A DNA stretch of 64,000 nt from Salisapilia sapeloensis CBS 127946 (Eukaryota; Protista; Oomycota), in assembly GCA_023334545.1 (NCBI GenBank), contig JAADVB010000077.1, positions 7,258 to 71,257 of the forward strand, read 5' to 3'. A model generated the notes under the pieces. It had not been told where the DNA came from and searched no databases. It worked only from the letters and a program-made list of their open reading frames with translations. Positions 55,853 to 64,000 of this stretch are shown in pieces (position 1 is the first letter of the stretch; the number at the start of each line of letters is the position of its first letter). Position numbers and translations under genes: made by a program.

Positions 55853-58800
55853 CTAGTCGTGGTTGCCATCGATGCGGGACTTAAGCAATTTGCCAAATCG
55901 ACGTACGTTTTGAAAACTAGCCAAGGAATTCTGATTTACTGACTTCTCCAGTACTTTTATCCGCCCATTCGATTGCTCCCGCCGTTGGAGGTTAAGAATA
56001 TCTTGTAGTGTGGCCAACTTTGCTTCCAAGGTTGCTGTAGGTTGTGCTGAATATCCATTTGTTTCAATCCGTTCATCGTGAGCTGGCAACGGAGATGGTA
56101 ACCCCATTCGACTATAAACAAGCTTACGAATCATAGTAGCACGTTGCTTTTCATTGCAGTCCGGTGATGTGGCAGAATTCTTTGATAGGCGTCGCGAAGA
56201 CAATCCATTCATTTGGTTCGATGGATTAGACATCAGATGAGATCTGCAAGATGACTTTCGGTCTATCTGTAGTCTCGACGTGGTCTTCATTCTTGCTATC
56301 TTAGTCTGCGCGACAGGTCGAGAATTTGACTGCTTACTAGGCTCAACACGAACTACCCAGTCGAATGCATCATCCATGTTTAACCACTTTTGGGTAGGAA
56401 ATACACAAGTCAATGCATTTTGAGGATCGGATGGAAGTGCTTTGCGAGACATTGCTTCATTAGCAGCTTGCGTATAAGAAGGATAGATCCCATGAATGCA
56501 GAGACTTGGACAAGCGCAAGCTGCTTGAGGTGTCTGTTGTTTGGAAAGTATGATACTCGCCACTGCATGACTTCCCAGTCCATCCCTTTGTACTTTATTA
56601 GCCTGATGATTGGTAAGTTGACCTCTCATTGAATATTGCAAGGGATATAGCGTTCCAATGTCTAGTACCACGCTGTCTATTTTGTCACTAGCTGCGCATT
56701 GGGTCCTTCCTCCTTCCTCGCTGTCGTAGATCTCCCAGATACAGAACTGAGTGATGGATCTGGCAGCTTCAAATTCGACGAGATAGCGATCAGTCAATAC
56801 AGTTCGTGTAGGTAGCTGGCAATGCGAAATATCCTTTACGAATGTTCGTCCAGCTCTTTGAGGTCTCCCCTCTTGTTGCTCATCACTTGGTGGTGTAGGT
56901 GCCGAGAATAAGAAGAAATCAGTCATCGATCTTTTCCCTCCAATTTGTTTTTGAGTCACATCTACTTTACTGGAAACGGAAGTGGCTGTCAGATCTGACA
57001 TTCGACCAGATGCTGTTGAGCTCCTACGACGTGAAGTACTATTAGGACGTTCTTGTTGCTTTTCTTCATTCCTAAATACTCGCTGTGGATCAAGATACGT
57101 AAGTGGATTTCCTTCACTAATGACTTCCTTGTTCGACTTCATCTCCGTTGTCAATGCCATGCGTAACTGCTTTTTCCTCGCTGGAGATATCGGTGCATCG
57201 GCATTGAAAGTCGCAACATGATGTACTAATGTTCTTCCGGACGGAAAACAGGACGCAATCGACTTGCTTTTAGGACTAACGAGTAAATAGTCGTCTCCAT
57301 CAACTAGTTCGTTCTTACTCATCCCTTTGATTCTTTCCTCATCTCTCCCCTCACGCTCTGCTTTGGACTTCGCTGTCTTATTCGTATTTTTATTTGATTC
57401 GGCTTTGATAGGAAGTAGCTGTTCAAGCCGTGAGTAGTTTAAATGCTCCTTCAAGGTTTTACGCTTAAAAGCTTCCCATTTTCTTGACTTTAGCAATCGA
57501 TCGGCATACACGAGATTTGACGGATGGGCTTGTGCTACCGCTCTCAAAGTTTCTCTAGCTGCAGTGGATAGTCGATGGAAAACGTCGTACTTGGAAAGCA
57601 ATAGCACATGCACTGGAGTGGACGTCGTGACTGTAACTTCACGATATATTGTTTCATTAAATGTCGCTCCTGCTGCTGCATCATCACCAATGACTTGGTA
57701 TCGACCGACTCTTCCTATGACCATGGCTGTAGGGACGCTAGTGCGAGGGTCAACGATCCTTTTCGTTACTTCCAATTCGCCTCGTACGACAAAATATAGG
57801 TGTTGAGCTCGATCACCTTGTTGAAACAATGTACTTCCTATGACCAGTCGTTGCTCCGTCAGGACATACGATAGTTCTTCCAACAACTCTGTCGTCCACT
57901 CTGAACTCTGGAAAATGCCAATCTTGTCTAAGACTGCTACACGTCTCGCAAGTTCTTGCTTTTGCAGTCTTCTTAAGGAATTATTATAATCTTGCTCTGA
58001 CATAACTAATAATTGACTATCTTCTCTCGTTATCACCGTAGCGCTTCTCTTTCCTCCTTCCTTCTGCTTCCCTTCCTCTATAACTACGTCACGCAATGTC
58101 GCTGGATTGCTCTTTAACAGAGCTAACTCGCCAAAATGACTTCCTTCTTTTAATGTAATTAACTTTGTCGATTGACTCGACCCACGTGCTTCCTTGTTAT
58201 TCACAATTACATCGACAGAACCAGTAAAGATGATGTAGAAGCGATCACCGACATCACCTTCTCGAAAGACGTACGAGTTAGCAGGTAACTCGACTAGAGA
58301 TATGACATGACAAAGCTCTTGTACAAATGCTTTTGGTAAAGAACGAAAGAAACGTAGGGTCTGGAGGTAATTGCACATACTGGCAAGTTCATCCGAACTT
58401 CGAGCACGTGGCTCTTTGGACAAAATCCATGTGTACTCTCGATGGCCCTTATTAATGTTTGCCGAACGTTTAAAGCCACTAGCGAGTTGGATGCGAGAGA
58501 CAAAGGCCTGCTGATCTTGACGTAGGATGAGGTCGTAGTCGGCACGCGTGATGCGAACGGCCTCGGCACTATCCTTTGCAACGATCGTCGCTGCTCGAAC
58601 ATCGTTTGTAAGCAAAGCTCTTTCACCAAAGAAATCGCCGTTCGTCAGTTCTGATACGGTAACTTCGACGCGTTCACCGAGTATCCTTTGGCTTACACAC
58701 GCTTCGAACGTGCCACTGTAGACCACGTAGAGTGCATCTCCTTCATCGCCTTGCTGAAAGACAAAGTCCTTTGGGTTGTATGATATCAAGTTCATTTGTC

Positions 58801-59593
58801 GACACAGTCGTTCGACTTCGTGTGCCTTTAATTTGTCAAAGTCATTCGTGATCTTCAGCTTGGTCTGTTGAAACCAAGCTTTAATGGACTGCAAATCGGA
58901 TGCTGTACGGTCATCGCCATCTTTCATGAGAGCTCGGCGACAAATGTCTTCCGAGGAGGAAACTCGACATGTAGCGTACGGATATTGGTTTGTGCCATCA
59001 AACTCTGCTTCTAAATCATTTTCACTTGATACGAAGACTTCATCATCTCCCTCAATCGATACAGAGGCATGAGCACGGCTTTTTTGTAACCACGACGTCA
59101 TGACGGTCGATTGTCCATCCGGATTCGGCGCTGTAGGTGCGCGAGAATTCCATTTGGTTGATATCTTGGCTTGTCGGACAAGCGTTTTCATCTTGTGACT
59201 ATGCACAAGCTGAGCAAGCGTGCCTTTTGGCGTCAATTGGACTGAAGTTGATCGTGGAGATGGAGCTTGGTGGCTAGCGATGGCAATGGCATTGGACCAC
59301 GGATCTTTGGAGGACGCTTTTGAGATCTTGCGTTTGAAGGAATCCGTGTTTTGTCGTTGTCTGCCAGTCAAAATACTTCGTGCAGCATCCCGCAGGCGTG
59401 GTGGTCGTTCGGGCGTGCGGCTGGCGGCTACGGCAGCCTGCGACAGTGCGGATGCCTTTTGGAGCGCTGCATCACTTTTACCATTGTCCATGGTTTCGTA
59501 GTGGCTGGTGACGAGAGCATGATCTATTAATAATGCGGGACTTTGAAGTGGACTTACGACTACTCTACGTGGATCGTTCCTTGGTCTCACCAC
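55853..59593 (-). CDS. Large protein with three cyclic-nucleotide-binding (CNB) domains and no catalytic domain recognised
   Basis: CNB1 FQQGDEGDALYVVYSG...FGERALL...RAAT; CNB2 FREGDVGDRFYIIFTG...FGELALL...RSAT; degenerate CNB3 FQQGDRAQHLYFVVRG. The start is uncertain: 59593 is GTG and the first ATG is 59491. Confidence 0.85.
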   Translation of the reverse strand: MVRPRNDPRRVVVSPLQSPALLIDHALVTSHYETMDNGKSDAALQKASALSQAAVAASRTPERPPRLRDAARSILTGRQRQNTDSFKRKISKASSKDPWSNAIAIASHQAPSPRSTSVQLTPKGTLAQLVHSHKMKTLVRQAKISTKWNSRAPTAPNPDGQSTVMTSWLQKSRAHASVSIEGDDEVFVSSENDLEAEFDGTNQYPYATCRVSSSEDICRRALMKDGDDRTASDLQSIKAWFQQTKLKITNDFDKLKAHEVERLCRQMNLISYNPKDFVFQQGDEGDALYVVYSGTFEACVSQRILGERVEVTVSELTNGDFFGERALLTNDVRAATIVAKDSAEAVRITRADYDLILRQDQQAFVSRIQLASGFKRSANINKGHREYTWILSKEPRARSSDELASMCNYLQTLRFFRSLPKAFVQELCHVISLVELPANSYVFREGDVGDRFYIIFTGSVDVIVNNKEARGSSQSTKLITLKEGSHFGELALLKSNPATLRDVVIEEGKQKEGGKRSATVITREDSQLLVMSEQDYNNSLRRLQKQELARRVAVLDKIGIFQSSEWTTELLEELSYVLTEQRLVIGSTLFQQGDRAQHLYFVVRGELEVTKRIVDPRTSVPTAMVIGRVGRYQVIGDDAAAGATFNETIYREVTVTTSTPVHVLLLSKYDVFHRLSTAARETLRAVAQAHPSNLVYADRLLKSRKWEAFKRKTLKEHLNYSRLEQLLPIKAESNKNTNKTAKSKAEREGRDEERIKGMSKNELVDGDDYLLVSPKSKSIASCFPSGRTLVHHVATFNADAPISPARKKQLRMALTTEMKSNKEVISEGNPLTYLDPQRVFRNEEKQQERPNSTSRRRSSTASGRMSDLTATSVSSKVDVTQKQIGGKRSMTDFFLFSAPTPPSDEQQEGRPQRAGRTFVKDISHCQLPTRTVLTDRYLVEFEAARSITQFCIWEIYDSEEGGRTQCAASDKIDSVVLDIGTLYPLQYSMRGQLTNHQANKVQRDGLGSHAVASIILSKQQTPQAACACPSLCIHGIYPSYTQAANEAMSRKALPSDPQNALTCVFPTQKWLNMDDAFDWVVRVEPSKQSNSRPVAQTKIARMKTTSRLQIDRKSSCRSHLMSNPSNQMNGLSSRRLSKNSATSPDCNEKQRATMIRKLVYSRMGLPSPLPAHDERIETNGYSAQPTATLEAKLATLQDILNLQRREQSNGRIKVLEKSVNQNSLASFQNVRRFGKLLKSRIDGNHD

Positions 59594-60117
59594 GATTCAC
59601 AACACTTGGAATAGATAAGGTAAAGGCTTTTCATGGCATGTGAACATGTTTCAACTCAATTATCTCAAGGAAATACGTGGAACACTTGCATGTATTTCTA
59701 TCCCAACACTTCTCTACCGGAAGAAAGTCAAGGATCTCTACTACCTCAAGTATCAACCTTATCCCGGAGCCACTACGCACTCGCACGCATGTTTGGATTT
59801 TCAAGAGATTAGGGGACATGTCCACGTCGCCACGTTGTACGCTTTTTACTAGCATTGGATTGGTTGTCGCGGAGTCAGACGACCGGATGGTGATAAGACA
59901 TGTCTTGATTGGCTGTTCTGGAATACATTTCAACTCAGGGGGTGCTTTATGCACACAACGCTACGGCCTCGATACCGAGCGGATTTCTGGCTTCCTGAGG
60001 TCATTTCGCGACTCTGGTCCAGACCCCAGAAGCGAGCGCTCCGAGTACGAGCGACCTTGTTTTTCTCCTGCTTCATAGAGACCCCCGACAGCTGCGAAAA
60101 GACAAGTGCGTCGAGAC

Positions 60118-63100
60118 ATGCCTCACCAAGGCGATCCGGACCGCAAGCGTGCGAGCTCCAACTACTTTCAGCTCGACTCGGACGTTAAGCGAACGGCAAA
60201 CCACCAGCAGAATCATAATGCCAAAGGCGGGCCACAGTTTCAGGCGAGTAATGACCCTCGAGACCGGTTTTCCAACCGGCTTTCGATGATGGAGGTCATC
60301 CCGAATGAGCAGGGCGGACAGCAGCCGAGCCAGCCGCGACAGCCGAAACCAGGTCAAGGCGGTGGCATGCACGGTGAGTACGATGACGAAGTGTCTATCG
60401 ACTTTTGCTGTGAGGTCCTGTACAACAAGTTTGGCTTCCAAACGCCGTCCGTAGACAACCAGCGAGAGCACGCGCTGCTCTTGCTAGCGAACGCCAAGGC
60501 TCGGTCCGAAGGCGCTGGCAATCACGTCGAAGCACTACACAGCAAGCTCTTGTCCAATTACAACGAGTGGGTCAAATTCCTAGGTGTTCAAGGCGTGTCG
60601 TACGTCGGGACGCCACAGGGAGAGGTGAAGAATCCAAAGCACATGGAGATCCTTCTCTTCCTCCTCATTTGGGGAGAATGTGGCAACTTGAGACACATGC
60701 CCGAGTGCGTGTGCTACCTATACCATCAGATGCTATCGATGCTGAACATGGACATGCTTGGGCAAGAAAAGCAGTCGGAAGGATGGTTCCTTCGTCAGGT
60801 CTGTCGTCCGATCTGGAAGGAAGCGTCCAACATGACGCGTAAGAATAGTTTGGGGAAGAATCTGGAGCACATTCAAGTGCGTAACTACGATGACATCAAT
60901 GAGTACTTTTGGAAAAAGCACTGTCTAAACATTGAAGTCACGCGTATTGGAGATGAGTTGACCAACAACCACGGGAAGACGTACTACGAGCACCGGTCGA
61001 TCTTCACTCTCGTCATCAACTACTACCGAATCTTCCAGTTCAACATGACTTTCCTCATGATCCTCATCATTTTGGCATTTGCTTCTGCCATCTCTCCTTC
61101 GGGTGGACAGCAATGGTTTGGTCAGTTCGGAACACTCGGACAAGTCGTCGAACCATTTGCTCAGCGTGACTTGACATTGTCGCTTGTGAGTTTGCCCTTT
61201 GCCATTGCACTCATGGGCTTTGGTAAAACGATCTTAGAAGCAGCACACGGATGGCACTTGCTAGTAGCCAAGGAAAGCAACGCTTCGTCCTCTCGATCCA
61301 TGACCTATGGCTTTGCACTTGGACTGCGATGCTTCTGGCACGGTCTCTTCTCTGCTGCTTTCTTTTGGATGATCTATGAACCGATCTCTAAGGACGAAGA
61401 CACGTTCCTCCTCGGCTTTTCCAAGGTTGCGGCCTTTGTGTACGTCGTTCCTGGTCTATTGATCGTCCTGACGCAAGCCTTTGCGCCCAGTGTCGTTGCT
61501 GGCTCGTATGCAGCCAAGTTCATTCGAGAGGGAGAGTCATGCTACGTTGGTCGTAACATGGCGCCACCAGTCAAGTTCCAGATCCGGTACATTGTCTACT
61601 GGGTGATCCTCTTGATCTGCAAGGCGTGGGTGAGCTACTTCATTCTCGTGCGTCCACTCATGCTCCCATCGTTGGCGATCTACGAGATGGACATTGAGTA
61701 CAGCAGCAACGTCATTTCGTTCCATAACATGGGTGTCATCCTCGCATTATGGATGCCTGTCGTCTTCATCTTCAACTACGACACGCAGATCTACTTTACC
61801 ATCTTCCAAGCTACCGTCGGTGTCTTCCAAGGATTCTCCATGAAGACGGGTGAAATTCACGGCATTAAGAACATCACCAAGGCATTCCGAGCAGCTCCGC
61901 AGTTGTTTGACCAGAAAGTCGTGACGAACCTCGCTCGATCGAATGACGCGGCACAGGACGGATCTGCTTCGGGATACCAAAGCCAGATGATGCTTCGATT
62001 CGTCGTCGTGTGGAATGAAATCGTGAACTCGTTCCGCGAAGGTGACCTTGTGGATGACAAGGAAGCAGCGATCCTACAGTATGACATTCAGAGCTCTGGA
62101 GATGTCTTTGAACCGGTGTTCTTGTCTGCAGGAAAGCTTGCAGAGGCACTCAAGTACACGACGAAGCTTGCCAAGGACGGTAAGGGTGACTCGCCGTTGA
62201 ACGTATACATGATGAAGAAGGACTGTCTGTCCGCTGTTCGTTCGTTCTTCACTGCCGCCATGTACGTCATGGAAGCTTTGCTCGGCAACGACGATGCAGA
62301 CATTCTCGAAGCTCTACGGAGTATGGAAACAGTTGCCGCAAGTGGTAACTTCATGTCGACTTTTGATGCTAAATCGTTGCCACAACTGCGTACTGTCACG
62401 ATGGAGTTCTTGGAAGCTGTGATGGACTTGCCAGACCCAGAGACCGAGTCGTCTCACCTGTCGAACTCTAAGGTACATACCATGGGTGTCGTCCGGAACT
62501 TTATCACCAAGATGGAGAATCTACTCAACGCCATTCGTATCTTTTCGAACCGTCCGGAGCTTGCTGCCAAGTTTGGTGACTCTAAGTTCTGTTCTCCTGC
62601 TAATGGATACGTCTACGCTACTCGCGGTCTCGTGAATCTGTTCTACAATGACGCTGCGATGGGTGCCGCGACACGTGCGTACTTGCTCATGTCGTTAGAG
62701 AAGGGAGATGCGATGCCTCGTGTGCCAGAAGCGCAGCGTCGTCTCTCGTTCTTCCTCAAGTCGCTTGTGATGCAGATCCCGCAGCTAACGTCTGTCAAGG
62801 ACATGCACTCGTTCAGTGTCGTGACGCCGTTCTACTCCGAGTCAGTGCTCATGTCGCTGGACGAATTGAACGATCCGTTGCTTAATCATCCTGTCTTTAA
62901 GAGCGTGGAAGAGGAGGGTAAGAACATTACGATCCTCAAGTACCTCATTACGATCCATCCGGAAGAATGGGAAAACTTTTTGGAGCGTGTTGATGTAAAT
63001 TCCGAAGAAGAGGCGCAACGGAATTACCCGTTGGAAATTCGGTTGTGGGCGTCGTATCGAGGTCAGACACTTGCTCGAACGGTGCAAGGTATGATGCTGT

Positions 63101-64000
63101 ATGAAGACGCGATCAAGATCCTTCACTGGCTCGAGATCGGGTCGAGTCCTGGTCGATCTGCTGAAGAGAAGCAGGCGCAGTTGGAAGACATGGTGCGACT
63201 CAAGTTCTCGTACATTTGCGCTTGTCAAGTGTACGGCAAGCATCGGAAGGAAGGCAAGGCCCAGGCAGATGATATCGACTTTTTGCTCAAGACATATCCG
63301 AACTTGCGTGTTGCGTACGTCGACACGATTAAGTCTGAAGGAGAAGAAGATCGCTTCGATTCCGTGCTGATTAAGAGTGAGAACGAAGAGATTGCAGAAG
63401 TGTACCGATATGAGCTTCCTGGTAACCCGATTCTGGGAGAAGGTAAGCCAGAGAACCAGAATAACGCGCTTCCGTTCACGCGTGGCGAGTACCTCCAGAC
63501 GATTGATATGAACCAGCAGCATTATTTTGAAGAATGTCTCAAGATGCCACAGCTCTTGGTCACTGCCGACCAGCATCCGTCCAAGAAACCAGTCTCGATC
63601 ATTGGTATGCGAGAGCATATCTTCACCGGTAACGCTTCGTCTCTGTCAAAGTTCAAGTCGACACAAGAACTTGTCTTCGTGACGCTCTCGCAGCGTGTAC
63701 TTGCCGACCCGCTTTGGGTCCGAATGCACTACGGTCACCCGGATATTTTCGACAAGATTTTGGCCATTAGTCGTGGCGGTGTCTCGAAAGCTAGTAAGGG
63801 TATCAACTTGTCAGAAGATGTGTTCGCTGGTTTCAACTCGACGCTCCGTGGCGGTCTTATCACGCACGTGGAGTTCATGCAGTGTGGTAAAGGTCGAGAT
63901 GTGGCGCTCAGTCAGATCTCCATGTTCGAAGGTAAGCTGGCCAATGGTGCTGGTGAAACGTCTCTAGCGCGTGAAGCCCACCGCATGGGTCAGTTCATGG
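60118..64000 (+). CDS. Beta-1,3-glucan (callose) synthase, FKS/GT48 family, truncated by the window edge
   Basis: Open frame from the ATG at 60118 to the end, absent from the ORF track because it has no stop. Motifs FGFQ..SVDNQREH, WGECGNLRHMPEC, NYDDINEYFW, EAQRRLSFF, RLWASYRGQTLARTV, GEGKPENQN, IDMNQ, REHIFTG, RMHYGHPD, INLSEDVFAG, CGKGRDV. Confidence 0.97.
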   Translation, partial: MPHQGDPDRKRASSNYFQLDSDVKRTANHQQNHNAKGGPQFQASNDPRDRFSNRLSMMEVIPNEQGGQQPSQPRQPKPGQGGGMHGEYDDEVSIDFCCEVLYNKFGFQTPSVDNQREHALLLLANAKARSEGAGNHVEALHSKLLSNYNEWVKFLGVQGVSYVGTPQGEVKNPKHMEILLFLLIWGECGNLRHMPECVCYLYHQMLSMLNMDMLGQEKQSEGWFLRQVCRPIWKEASNMTRKNSLGKNLEHIQVRNYDDINEYFWKKHCLNIEVTRIGDELTNNHGKTYYEHRSIFTLVINYYRIFQFNMTFLMILIILAFASAISPSGGQQWFGQFGTLGQVVEPFAQRDLTLSLVSLPFAIALMGFGKTILEAAHGWHLLVAKESNASSSRSMTYGFALGLRCFWHGLFSAAFFWMIYEPISKDEDTFLLGFSKVAAFVYVVPGLLIVLTQAFAPSVVAGSYAAKFIREGESCYVGRNMAPPVKFQIRYIVYWVILLICKAWVSYFILVRPLMLPSLAIYEMDIEYSSNVISFHNMGVILALWMPVVFIFNYDTQIYFTIFQATVGVFQGFSMKTGEIHGIKNITKAFRAAPQLFDQKVVTNLARSNDAAQDGSASGYQSQMMLRFVVVWNEIVNSFREGDLVDDKEAAILQYDIQSSGDVFEPVFLSAGKLAEALKYTTKLAKDGKGDSPLNVYMMKKDCLSAVRSFFTAAMYVMEALLGNDDADILEALRSMETVAASGNFMSTFDAKSLPQLRTVTMEFLEAVMDLPDPETESSHLSNSKVHTMGVVRNFITKMENLLNAIRIFSNRPELAAKFGDSKFCSPANGYVYATRGLVNLFYNDAAMGAATRAYLLMSLEKGDAMPRVPEAQRRLSFFLKSLVMQIPQLTSVKDMHSFSVVTPFYSESVLMSLDELNDPLLNHPVFKSVEEEGKNITILKYLITIHPEEWENFLERVDVNSEEEAQRNYPLEIRLWASYRGQTLARTVQGMMLYEDAIKILHWLEIGSSPGRSAEEKQAQLEDMVRLKFSYICACQVYGKHRKEGKAQADDIDFLLKTYPNLRVAYVDTIKSEGEEDRFDSVLIKSENEEIAEVYRYELPGNPILGEGKPENQNNALPFTRGEYLQTIDMNQQHYFEECLKMPQLLVTADQHPSKKPVSIIGMREHIFTGNASSLSKFKSTQELVFVTLSQRVLADPLWVRMHYGHPDIFDKILAISRGGVSKASKGINLSEDVFAGFNSTLRGGLITHVEFMQCGKGRDVALSQISMFEGKLANGAGETSLAREAHRMGQFM

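Noticed and set aside
59631-60078. Short ORFs between the CNB gene and the glucan synthase
   Set aside because: No motif, and no splice path into the CNB frame could be supported; likely a divergent promoter or UTR.

Overview
Gene-dense eukaryotic genomic DNA, inferred to be oomycete from the oomycete-type actin, callose/beta-1,3-glucan synthase, START+FYVE and ankyrin-HDAC architectures, INR-FPR core promoters and short 50-71 nt GT-AG introns. About 24 intact protein genes are supported. They include MCM6, actin, cytosolic GAPDH, NFS1, mitochondrial uL11, two paralogous P4-ATPase flippases, an APC permease, an Sft2-like protein and a glucan synthase that runs off the right edge. A more AT-rich, gene-poor interval (~44.1-55.8 kb) holds a 32-bp-arm hairpin, a lineage-type membrane protein, a low-complexity secreted protein and an ankyrin pseudogene between two diverged direct repeats. 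The most notable items are: a divergent, acidic, single-lysine ubiquitin-like domain fused through GG to ribosomal protein eL41; an Arb2/FAM172-like domain fused to an AGC kinase; a predicted N-myristoylated four-RGS protein whose N-terminus lies in two exons missed by the ORF track; and a polytopic membrane protein with polycystin-like and SANT/Myb-like segments. No rRNA, tRNA, CRISPR array or intact mobile element could be supported. All assignments come from motif recognition by eye; no searches were run.
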